From an uncultured archaeon (GTDB lineage: Archaea; Iainarchaeota; Iainarchaeia; Iainarchaeales; CSSED10-239), in assembly GCA_964463155.1 (NCBI GenBank), contig CAYXAY010000020.1, positions 1 through 12,492 on the forward strand: DNA of 12,492 nucleotides, in the 5' to 3' direction. The notes below the pieces were generated by a model. The model had not been told where the DNA came from and searched no databases. It saw only the letters and a list, made by a program, of their open reading frames with translations. The translations under genes and the position numbers were made by a program. Of this stretch, positions 1 to 6,841 are shown piece after piece; position 1 is the first letter of the stretch; each line of letters opens with the position of its first letter.

Positions 1-183
1 CTGTTTCTTGTGTATGGATTTTGATATTATATTTTTGAGATACAACATTAAAAATGTTACTATTTCACTTATAAAAACACTACGGAATGTATTATACCTG
101 TATTTTGAAACAAAAACAAAGTGAAACGAGTTTCGGCGTGCATCCGATTGGTTTTTATTCTGATAGCTACACAAGTTATTCAT
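1..183 (-). pseudogene. tnpA: tnpA (IS200-type Y1 transposase), N-terminal fragment, apparently frameshifted
   Basis: Hand translation from ATG at 183-181, with GGAGGA SD at 192-197: MNNLCSYQNKNQSDARRNSFHFVFVSKYRYNTFRSVFISEIV... The FHFVFVSKYR segment matches the conserved YHIVW/FxPKYRR motif of IS200/IS608 TnpA. Relative to copy 2, 4 nt are missing after position 57, which moves the downstream IKIHTQET segment out of frame. Confidence 0.55.
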
Positions 184-207
184 ATTGAATTTCCTCCTAT
201 ATTTTAT

Positions 208-228
208 AGCCGCGAAGCGGCTTTTTTT
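208..228 (+). terminator. GC hairpin (AGCCGC-GAA-GCGGCT) followed by T7; intrinsic-terminator-like on the plus strand, inside the IS left-end region
   Basis: Read directly: tatAGCCGCgaaGCGGCTtttttttata. The function and the relevant strand are uncertain. Confidence 0.3.
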
Positions 229-266
229 ATAGGAGTAATAGTAGAAATAGTTTAAAAATATTTATT

Positions 267-304
267 CGGCATTCATCAGCACATAAATGTGCAGTATACT
301 GCCG
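267..304. repeat. Nested subterminal hairpin of IS copy 1 (left end)
   Basis: Outer stem cggca (267-271) pairs with tgccg (300-304). Inner stem gcaca (279-283) pairs with tgtgc (288-292). It shares the core gcacaNaaNtgtgcagtat(t)ac with 12102-12125. Confidence 0.55.
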
Positions 305-320
305 AGGATTTAATAAGGAG

Positions 321-656
321 TTACTGCACTCCTTCTAAATCATCTAGGTTTTCTTGCTTGTCTTTGCTATCTTGCTTTGTTGCAGAATTGATTTTTTTAA
401 AAATAAGGTCTTCTTGCTTTTGTATGTTTTTTATCCTTAAGTCGATTGTATCTTTTAGGTCCTTTGTATCTTTTATGACATCTTCTTTGTCAGAAAGAAT
501 AAAGATATTTCCAACACCTTTGTAAACCTTCTTTTCCTTTGTCTTTTCTAACTCTTTAACTGTGTTATCAAGAACATTTATCTGAAATTGTAATTGTTGT
601 TTTTGCTGTGTTAAAAACAATAATCGCTGTCTATATACATTTGCATTTTCGCTCAT
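321..656 (-). CDS. pfdB: Prefoldin beta subunit
   Basis: 111-aa coiled-coil protein (..QQKQQLQFQINVLDNTVKELEKT..VYKGVGNIFI..). Last position of the exosome superoperon. Its start overlaps the upstream stop by ATGA. Confidence 0.8.
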   Translation of the reverse strand: MSENANVYRQRLLFLTQQKQQLQFQINVLDNTVKELEKTKEKKVYKGVGNIFILSDKEDVIKDTKDLKDTIDLRIKNIQKQEDLIFKKINSATKQDSKDKQENLDDLEGVQ

Positions 657-904
657 AAATCCACCTCATAAGTTTTTTTAATCAATTCTAAAAGATTAAT
701 GTAATTGTTTATTGTTGCTTTGTAGGCTGTTATGTCCTTACAATCTATGTTTATCTTTATTGCCTTTGGCTTTGCTAAAACCGTTATTTTTGAAGACGAT
801 CTTTTAAAGTCCTTTCTATTCATCTCAAGCTCTAAAAGCTCCTTTAGCTTTTTAGGGTTGCTAGTCTTTATTATCAATTCCTCTGAAATTATAGAACCAA
901 TCAT
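653..904 (-). CDS. pcc1: KEOPS subunit Pcc1-like small protein
   Basis: 83 aa. The C-terminal ITAYKATINNYINLLELI resembles the Pcc1 helix (..aLRAalNsylrwl..). It sits in the conserved slot between Brix and prefoldin beta, with ATGA overlaps on both sides. Confidence 0.6.
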   Translation of the reverse strand: MIGSIISEELIIKTSNPKKLKELLELEMNRKDFKRSSSKITVLAKPKAIKINIDCKDITAYKATINNYINLLELIKKTYEVDL

Positions 905-1335
905 AAACTTTCCTCTTTTATTTTAAAAGAAAAGAAAAGCTCCTTGTTTATTTCAAAGCTTATTGTGTTGTTCTCTTGCTTTGCCTTTGTTTCTGAATCT
1001 TTGTCAATTTCTTCAAGGAAATAAAATAATTTCCCTTTGGCATTGATGGTTGTTATCTTTTTCTTTGGTTTTTTGTAAAGGACATCTGTTATTGTGAATA
1101 ACTTCTCTGGGAAATATTCCTTATCTTTTCTTTTGTAGATTAATAATTTTATATTGTCTTTCTTTTTTCCCACAAGCAAAAGATGATTGTAGCCAATATA
1201 GTTTGATTTTTCAAAGATTTTTTTAAGTGTGGTTTCTCCTCTAGGTATGTGCCTTACTTCTGGAAGAAACTTAGCTAAATGCTTGCAAAATCTTTTTTGA
1301 AAAATCTTGGCGTTTCTTGAAGTCGTAATTATCAT
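901..1335 (-). CDS. Brix-domain (Imp4-like) ribosome biogenesis protein
   Basis: The N-terminus MIITTSRNAKIFQKRFCKHLAKFLP..IPRGETTLKKI matches the archaeal Brix signature (llTTSRkPs.r.r.f.keL....RGk.sl). Superoperon position supports the call. Confidence 0.75.
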   Translation of the reverse strand: MIITTSRNAKIFQKRFCKHLAKFLPEVRHIPRGETTLKKIFEKSNYIGYNHLLLVGKKKDNIKLLIYKRKDKEYFPEKLFTITDVLYKKPKKKITTINAKGKLFYFLEEIDKDSETKAKQENNTISFEINKELFFSFKIKEESL

Positions 1336-1464
1336 CTAGTCAGCCTTTACCTTCTTTACAACAGGCATTCTTTTCTTGTAAAATATTCTTCCTGAACAGC
1401 TTTTACATTTCTTGCTTTCTGGCATAGAATTGTAAACTTCATTACATTTTCCACAATAGTACAT
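1336..1464 (-). CDS. rpoP: DNA-directed RNA polymerase subunit P (Rpo12/RPC10), 42 aa; absent from the supplied ORF track
   Basis: Hand translation: MYYCGKCNEVYNSMPESKKCKSCSGRIFYKKRMPVVKKVKAD, a CxxC...CxxC zinc ribbon. AGGTGA SD overlaps the rpl37ae stop. The stop TAG at 1336-1338 abuts the Brix ATG. Expected superoperon slot between L37Ae and Brix. Confidence 0.75.
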   Translation of the reverse strand: MYYCGKCNEVYNSMPESKKCKSCSGRIFYKKRMPVVKKVKAD

Positions 1465-1472
1465 GATTTCAC

Positions 1473-1697
1473 CTATTGACCTGCTGTTTTGTATTTGTAA
1501 GCACCACCTGAAACCTTTGTCTTACATTTTTTGCATTGAAAGATTCCTGTTGCCACTCTTTTTATCTTGTCTTTTGTTCCACATTTTGGACAAACTTTTT
1601 TGCTTTTGTCCTCAATTGCTAGAAGGTATTTCTTTCTAATACCTACTCCCCCTCTTACTCCGTACTTTCCTGTCTTTTTAACTTTTTTTGTGTTCAT
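1473..1697 (-). CDS. rpl37ae: Ribosomal protein L37Ae (eL43)
   Basis: ..TGKYGVRGGVGIRKK..CPKCG..KRVATGIFQCKKCKTKVSGGAY. Typical eL43 zinc-ribbon sequence. Confidence 0.9.
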   Translation of the reverse strand: MNTKKVKKTGKYGVRGGVGIRKKYLLAIEDKSKKVCPKCGTKDKIKRVATGIFQCKKCKTKVSGGAYKYKTAGQ

Positions 1698-2503
1698 TTT
1701 TCTTCACATATTTTTGTTTTTATTTCTGAATATTTCTTTGTTGCGACATCCATTATCTGGTTGATGTCAGAAATCTTGAAGGTTCCGTTTCCTCCGCCTT
1801 TGTGATAAGCAACAACGGCGTTACCCACAACTCCTAGAGTAAACCTAGAGTCACTTGCTAAATCTTCAACCTCTGTTGCGTCAGCAAATAACTTGTTTTT
1901 TGATTTCCAGAAGGTAAAAGATACTGCTATCTTTTTTAGGTCGATATTGAGTTTCTTGTTTGTGTATTCTTTTAAAACTATGCTATTGTTCTCGTCAAGC
2001 TTTGGAATCTTACAATCAAGTAAAGCTGCCATTGCTGCGTATTGTCCAGCATCTATCAAATTACCGTCTGCATTTAAGGCATAACAATCAACATAGACAA
2101 TAAATGATTTTTCTCCAGTAACTATGTTTAAGTCTTTAAAATCAATACATTTTGAAGACCTTATTACTCTGTCAACAATTCTTCCATATTCCATAGCAGG
2201 AATACTTGGTGGTCCGGTGTCTATGTCTGCTGAGGCTATTCCTGACATCTCAAGATTAATCACTATTGAACCTTCGTTGGGAGAATCTGGATAAGGGGTT
2301 CCTACTACAAACTTTACGCCCGCAATAATTTCAGTATTGCCAAGCTTTGCCCATGCTGAGCCGTCTGCCGATGTCATTACTCCTCTTTTGATTTCAAGAG
2401 ACCTGTATTCTAATAAATCCCTATTGTCAAATCTTTTGTTTTCAAAAATTAATTTTCTTGCATTGTCTGATTTTAGTATCTTTAGAATATCTGTGTCACT
2501 CAT
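1694..2503 (-). CDS. rrp42: Exosome complex subunit Rrp42 (RNase PH-like, non-catalytic)
   Basis: RFDNRDLLEYRSLEIKRGVMTSADGSAWAKLGNTEIIAGVKFVVGTPYPDSPNEG is an RNase PH fold signature. ATGA overlaps with rrp41 and rpl37ae. Confidence 0.85.
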   Translation of the reverse strand: MSDTDILKILKSDNARKLIFENKRFDNRDLLEYRSLEIKRGVMTSADGSAWAKLGNTEIIAGVKFVVGTPYPDSPNEGSIVINLEMSGIASADIDTGPPSIPAMEYGRIVDRVIRSSKCIDFKDLNIVTGEKSFIVYVDCYALNADGNLIDAGQYAAMAALLDCKIPKLDENNSIVLKEYTNKKLNIDLKKIAVSFTFWKSKNKLFADATEVEDLASDSRFTLGVVGNAVVAYHKGGGNGTFKISDINQIMDVATKKYSEIKTKICEEK

Positions 2504-3207
2504 TGTATGTCACCTTCCATTGGATATTTTTCAACAAGCGCTTTTTTTTGAATCTCATATATTTTTTCTGCGCCTTTTAGAGCAGTTTCTAGGATTTTTG
2601 AACAATCTTTTTTGTCAACAAAACCATCCATTTGAAGAAGTGCAAGTTCTTGTTGTGGCATCAAAAAAGCACAAGCCATGTCAACAGCATCCTCTGTGTC
2701 CTCGTCTTCTTTGTCAAGATCAAGAACAAGCGCCCCATTTGCTCTTCCTGCTGCTACTGCGCTTATTAGTCCTTTCATTGGAAGACCCGCCTCAGCTACA
2801 GCTAAGCTTGCTGCTGTTAATGCTGCAACTCTCGTTCCTGCATCTGCTGAAAATATTAAAACATTAACATCTATCATTGTATTTGGGAATTGATCAACCA
2901 TTACTGCTGCTTCTAGAGCGTGACCTGAAACCAAGGAAATTTCTTTATCTCTTTTTCCAGGAACTGGTGATTTTCTTTCAGAAACAGAAAAGCTTGCCAT
3001 TCTGTATTTGTAGTCTATTATTGCTTTTGTAGGGTCTGCTAAATGTTTAGGGAAAACTGGTCTTGGACCGTTTACTGTTGCAACAACTATATTTTTGCCC
3101 CACTCTAAATAACAGGAACCATCTGCATTCTTTGCAATCCCAAGCTCAATCTTTATGGGACGCAACTCATCTAAAGACCTTCCATCTAGTCTTTTTGCAT
3201 TACTCAT
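2500..3207 (-). CDS. rrp41: Exosome complex exonuclease Rrp41 (RNase PH-like, catalytic)
   Basis: RLDGRSLDELRPIKIELGIAKNADGSCYLEWGKNIVVATVNGPR is the canonical Rrp41 N-terminus. GGAGAG SD upstream. Confidence 0.9.
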   Translation of the reverse strand: MSNAKRLDGRSLDELRPIKIELGIAKNADGSCYLEWGKNIVVATVNGPRPVFPKHLADPTKAIIDYKYRMASFSVSERKSPVPGKRDKEISLVSGHALEAAVMVDQFPNTMIDVNVLIFSADAGTRVAALTAASLAVAEAGLPMKGLISAVAAGRANGALVLDLDKEDEDTEDAVDMACAFLMPQQELALLQMDGFVDKKDCSKILETALKGAEKIYEIQKKALVEKYPMEGDIQ

Positions 3208-3221
3208 TTTTATCTCTCCTC

Positions 3222-3830
3222 TTATTGATTATTTTTTAAGTATTCTTCTATTGTGTTTGTAAGATTTGCTTTTTGCGAATTTCTAATTATCATTGAAATT
3301 GCATTTTCTAAAAGACCAGCGTTCTTTGAAACATACCAAATCCAGCCGTTTCTTCCAATTAAGATATTTGATTGAGTGTATTTCTTTAAGATGTTTAGCA
3401 TCGAATCGTTTTTTCCAATTATCCTTGGAATCTTTACTGAAGAAACCGAATAGATTAATCCGTCTGGAAGAATGTTAATGTTATCAAGCTCAGAAACATC
3501 GGCTCCATCTACTCCTTTTACTCTTGCAAAAAGAATCTGTCCAATCTTTAGTTCTTTTGTTATCAAAGACTTTGGAAAGAAACAATCGCTATGGGAATTT
3601 ACATCAATGATATAGCCATTTGCTGTGACATTTCTTACCACACAAACTATTGGATCGTTTTCTTGTGGGATATATGGCCCATTTAATGGAACTATAGAAA
3701 CAAAATCGTCTGTTTCATTTAATATGCCAAGAACTGAGCTGTGTATTTTTTCTTCAGTGATAAAAATATTTTCCCCAACTTTTTTTTTCTTATCTGTGAT
3801 TAACTCTCCAGGAACTACTATTCTTTTCAT
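3222..3830 (-). CDS. rrp4: Exosome RNA-binding subunit Rrp4 (N-terminal, S1 and KH domains)
   Basis: VVPGELI N-terminal motif, an S1-like segment NDPIVCVVRNVTANGYIIDV, and a KH-like segment ILIGRNGWIWY. Superoperon position supports the call. Confidence 0.85.
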   Translation of the reverse strand: MKRIVVPGELITDKKKKVGENIFITEEKIHSSVLGILNETDDFVSIVPLNGPYIPQENDPIVCVVRNVTANGYIIDVNSHSDCFFPKSLITKELKIGQILFARVKGVDGADVSELDNINILPDGLIYSVSSVKIPRIIGKNDSMLNILKKYTQSNILIGRNGWIWYVSKNAGLLENAISMIIRNSQKANLTNTIEEYLKNNQ

Positions 3831-3846
3831 TTATTTTCACTCTTTT

Positions 3847-4542
3847 TTATTTTAAAACATTGACTATTACTGACCCGTGCGTGATGTTGTTTAAATCAGT
3901 TAACAGTTTTGATTTTAGACCTATAGGCAAAGTCACCCTTGCAAACAATCCTCCGCTTGGTAGCCATTTTTCCTCAAGAATCTCATACTTGTGAAGAACA
4001 GGCATTAATTTTCCAGAGTATTGAGCAGTAACCTCAACTGACATAACAATCTTTTCCATAGAGATTGGCATTGCCTTTTTTAGAACAAGCATAACTTCGT
4101 TTAACTCGTCGTCTTTTTTTCTGGAAAGACTAAACTTAAATTTTGCGGATTCTAAAGCATTGAGAATTCTTTGTGGTGGTATTGGTGTCATATCTTTTGG
4201 GTCATGTGCATTTTTTGTTATAAAGTATATAATCTCGCTTTCTCTTCTTTTAAGCATCTCGTTTCTTTGTGATGTTGTTAATTGAACATCGCCGTCATGT
4301 ATTATTTTTTTTGCAATTGTCAAAAAATCAGTTGTCTGGAAAACTTCCTTTATCACTTCTTCTGAAGCCAGTTTTCCTTTTGCTGAATCTGAATAAACTT
4401 CTTCCATTGCAAACATCTCGTCAAAGTTTATTTCTGTTTTTCCGTGCTTGTAGTCCCAAGCCTTGTAAGGATCAACAAATATCTCAAAGCGGTGCCCATT
4501 TCTACTAAGTCTTGCAATTACTGCATCATCTAATTTTACCAT
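3847..4542 (-). CDS. sdo1: SBDS/Sdo1 family ribosome maturation protein
   Basis: MVKLDDAVIARLSRNGHRFEIFVDPYKAWDYKHG is the typical archaeal SBDS N-terminus. GGGGTGAT SD upstream. Confidence 0.85.
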   Translation of the reverse strand: MVKLDDAVIARLSRNGHRFEIFVDPYKAWDYKHGKTEINFDEMFAMEEVYSDSAKGKLASEEVIKEVFQTTDFLTIAKKIIHDGDVQLTTSQRNEMLKRRESEIIYFITKNAHDPKDMTPIPPQRILNALESAKFKFSLSRKKDDELNEVMLVLKKAMPISMEKIVMSVEVTAQYSGKLMPVLHKYEILEEKWLPSGGLFARVTLPIGLKSKLLTDLNNITHGSVIVNVLK

Positions 4543-4554
4543 TATTAATCACCC

Positions 4555-5280
4555 CTATAATAACTTTGAATATTTTTCTAAAGGAACTATAGCATCTTGA
4601 TCTCCGTTCTCTGCAATATTTATTACTTGTATGCTTTGAGGGTTTAGTTTTTGTTTTGGCTCAAGGTTTAAGGATATTGCTTTTATTGCAATTGTTAATG
4701 CTTCTTCAAAGCTTAGGTTTTCCTTGAAATTTTTCTCTAGATAGCCTATTATTTTTTGTTTGTTTTGGCCTATTGCTAATGCCTTGTAGGCGGTTATTGC
4801 TCCGCTTGGTTCTGCTTCAAATATATGCTTTCCTAAAGAATCGTAGCCCGCAATTATCAATGAAACACCAAATGGTCTTCCTCCGCCATATTGTGTGAAA
4901 TATTGCATTATTGATGCTATTTTTCTTACTAATGCTTCCACTTCAATTGGTTGATCGTAGTAGGTTCTGTTCTCTTGAGACATTTGTCTTGCAAAATCAA
5001 CTAGTCTTCTTCCGTCCCCTATTAGTCCTGCACAGGTTGTCCAGACATGGTTGTCTATCTTAAATACCTTTTCTACTGATTCTGGTAGAACCAAAGAAGA
5101 ATGGATTTTCTTGTCTGCCACTATTATTATGCCTTGCTTGTAGATTATTGCCACTGCTGGGCTTCCTTTTTCAATGATTTTGGAGGCATAGTCCACTTGA
5201 TAGAGATGTCCTTCTGGACTAAACATTGTTGTTGAACGATCATAGCCGGCAGCTGCTGCGCCAATAGCATTTGGAATCAA
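4555..5280 (-). CDS. psmA: Proteasome alpha subunit (TTG start)
   Basis: YDRSTTMFSPEGHLYQVDYA is the hallmark alpha-subunit motif and requires a start upstream of it. The only in-frame start is TTG at 5280-5278, preceded by GGTGA 6 nt upstream. Confidence 0.9.
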   Translation of the reverse strand: MIPNAIGAAAAGYDRSTTMFSPEGHLYQVDYASKIIEKGSPAVAIIYKQGIIIVADKKIHSSLVLPESVEKVFKIDNHVWTTCAGLIGDGRRLVDFARQMSQENRTYYDQPIEVEALVRKIASIMQYFTQYGGGRPFGVSLIIAGYDSLGKHIFEAEPSGAITAYKALAIGQNKQKIIGYLEKNFKENLSFEEALTIAIKAISLNLEPKQKLNPQSIQVINIAENGDQDAIVPLEKYSKLL

Positions 5281-5302
5281 ATTTATTCACCATTTTTAGA
5301 AT

Positions 5303-5325
5303 TTTTTAATATAAATATAAATGTG
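5303..5325 (-). promoter_or_regulatory. Candidate TATA/BRE region for the psmA-to-pfdB operon
   Basis: The minus strand reads TTTATATTTATATTAAAAAA about 25-40 nt upstream of the psmA SD and TTG. An AT-rich background makes this weak evidence. Confidence 0.3.
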
Positions 5326-5391
5326 TAAAACATAGTTATCTACTAAGAAATATTATGGATAAGAAGTATTTAAAAAGCTTAAGTTATTAAC

Positions 5392-5399
5392 AAAAAAAA
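5392..5399 (-). terminator. Oligo-T (T8) tract downstream of the membrane-protein gene
   Basis: A8 on the plus strand equals T8 on the minus strand, 18 nt after the stop at 5418-5420. Archaeal termination typically occurs at oligo-T tracts. Confidence 0.35.
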
Positions 5400-5417
5400 G
5401 AGAAATTGGCCGCTTTA

Positions 5418-5918
5418 TTAAAAAGCAGCTTTGGCTTCCTTGGAAAATATCAAGTAGCCTGCGATAAATCCGTAGATTACAATTCCTGCGATATTTGATA
5501 GGTCTCCAGTGAATAATAGACCTATAATTGCTCCAAAAAATGCAAGGCATGCAAGTATCATTATTACATATCTTGCCCAGTTTTTTAGCTTAAACAAACT
5601 TAAACCAAGATAAAATATGAAAGCACCCCATATTATTGCAAGAATTCCAATTATCAAAAAGAATGTTGGAGTATAGAATGCAAAAACTTGCGGACCTACT
5701 GTTGCTGTTGATTTCAATAAGTAATCATTTGCTTTCTTTGGAAAGATTATTATCAATACGCCAAACAGAAAGGCTAAGATTGAAACAATTATATAATATG
5801 TTGAAATTATCTTTATGCCTAGTGGTTTTGTGTGCTTTGTTTCTACTTTCTTTTCTACTGGTTTACTCGCGACTTTCTTTGCTAGCGCTTCTTCCGTAAT
5901 TTTCTTTTTTACTGCCAT
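5418..5918 (-). CDS. Small integral membrane protein: Lys-rich N-terminal tail plus about 4 TM helices, function unknown
   Basis: Four long hydrophobic stretches by eye: IISTYYIIVSILAFLFGVLIIIF, FFLIIGILAIIWGAFIFYLGL, YVIMILACLAFFGAIIGLLF and IAGIVIYGFIAGYLIF. AGGTGA SD lies inside the 3' end of the Pop5 gene. Confidence 0.6.
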   Translation of the reverse strand: MAVKKKITEEALAKKVASKPVEKKVETKHTKPLGIKIISTYYIIVSILAFLFGVLIIIFPKKANDYLLKSTATVGPQVFAFYTPTFFLIIGILAIIWGAFIFYLGLSLFKLKNWARYVIMILACLAFFGAIIGLLFTGDLSNIAGIVIYGFIAGYLIFSKEAKAAF

Positions 5919-5921
5919 TTT

Positions 5922-6251
5922 TTATTTCACCTTTTTTATTGTGCTTTTTATGTCTTTTACTTTTAGCAACCCTAGATCGGATTGAGCAAAAAACAAAGAC
6001 GCAATAAATGTATCTAAATATTCTTTGTTAATTCTTATTAATAACGTTTTGGTTTTTTGTTCAGTGTCAATAATTGTGATGTTTGTTTCAATTTGAGAAA
6101 ATATCCCACTTTGTTTTTGTAAGGCCTTGTAAAGTATTGTTTGCACTATCTTGGAATCTATTGGCTGGTTATAGGTAAGCAATTGCAATTGCAAATATCT
6201 TTTTTTGTGCCTTAAAGTCGGCTTTATTACTGCTAGTCTTTTCTTTTTCAT
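5922..6251 (-). CDS. rnp2: RNase P protein component 2 (Pop5 homologue)
   Basis: IKPTLRHKKRYLQLQL matches the Pop5 N-terminal signature (lPptlRekkRYl). About 110 aa. Follows Rpp30 with an ATGA overlap. Confidence 0.75.
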   Translation of the reverse strand: MKKKRLAVIKPTLRHKKRYLQLQLLTYNQPIDSKIVQTILYKALQKQSGIFSQIETNITIIDTEQKTKTLLIRINKEYLDTFIASLFFAQSDLGLLKVKDIKSTIKKVK

Positions 6252-6841
6252 ATATTTTCTGTTAATGTTCTTTTGATAAGTGGTTTTTCTAAATTAAAAT
6301 TTTTTAAAAACTCCTGAATAATAACAGGGTCAAGTAATTCATCTGCAGTTTTTGCATAGCTGATAAACTTAAACTCTATTTTGTGTTTTTCAAGTATTGG
6401 GATACTGAACTGCATCTGTTTGATTGATTTGTTCTGGTTGTTTCTTATCTGGTTTATGTTGAAGAAAAATAGTTTGTTGTTTTGCTTTGCTATTCTTGCT
6501 AATCCCTCGTCAATGCTGGTTTCCTGGACTATTGGGTCGAATAAATGGATAGGGATTTTGGTTGAGAGTATATTAGATATTGCTAGGATGTCCTTACCTT
6601 GTCCAAGAATTACTGTGTTTTTCGAAATAATTGATTTGCAGGTGTTTAAGAGATTGAGGTCTGTAAACAAAAGCGCTTTTCTAAATTGTTTTCCAGACGG
6701 CAAAGGATAATCTACATCTTCTTTTGTTTTTACTTCTTTAATCACATAAATTGTATAAATACCTAATTGTTCTAAATTCTTTGAAATATTCGGATATTTG
6801 AATAACTCACTTGAAACAAAATCAATATATTTTTCTTTCAT
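6248..6841 (-). CDS. rnp3: RNase P protein component 3 (Rpp30 homologue), divergent
   Basis: The size, the pattern YIDF..LGIYTIYV..VILGQG..IHLFDP..IAKQNNKLFFFNINQI..KFISYAKTADELLDP (compare Rpp30 yDl..lGy..v.gg..vDil.p..la..n.vafEi.l..itSgA.s..elr.P), and its position just upstream of Pop5. Confidence 0.6.
   Translation of the reverse strand: MKEKYIDFVSSELFKYPNISKNLEQLGIYTIYVIKEVKTKEDVDYPLPSGKQFRKALLFTDLNLLNTCKSIISKNTVILGQGKDILAISNILSTKIPIHLFDPIVQETSIDEGLARIAKQNNKLFFFNINQIRNNQNKSIKQMQFSIPILEKHKIEFKFISYAKTADELLDPVIIQEFLKNFNLEKPLIKRTLTENI

Larger units (their letters stand above)
1..312 (-). mobile_element. IS200/IS605-family insertion sequence, copy 1 (partial: 5' part of tnpA plus left-end region; inner boundary approximate)
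   Basis: Positions 1-95 are about 90% identical to 12394-12492. The minus strand encodes the N-terminus of a Y1 (HUH) transposase. A nested subterminal hairpin at 267-304 is homologous to the one at 12090-12136. The rest of the element lies left of the window. Confidence 0.6.

Noticed and set aside
289-525. 78-aa plus-strand ORF. The same applies to the similar antisense ORFs at 732-926, 1567-1764, 1893-2084, 3293-3478, 3625-3855, 4269-4508, 5353-5550, 5636-5899, 6381-6710, 6981-7214, 9742-10017, 10209-10397, 10545-10754 and 11623-11841.
   Set aside because: Each lies inside, and out of frame or antisense to, a longer ORF with clear family signatures. All have low-complexity hydrophobic translations and no ribosome-binding site.
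2337-2867. 176-aa plus-strand ORF, and the overlapping 2678-2893 ORF.
   Set aside because: Both are entirely antisense to the well-supported rrp42 and rrp41 genes. Their translation is low-complexity and Leu/Ser-rich (..LLFLLLLRLLVLSL..) with no recognisable motifs.
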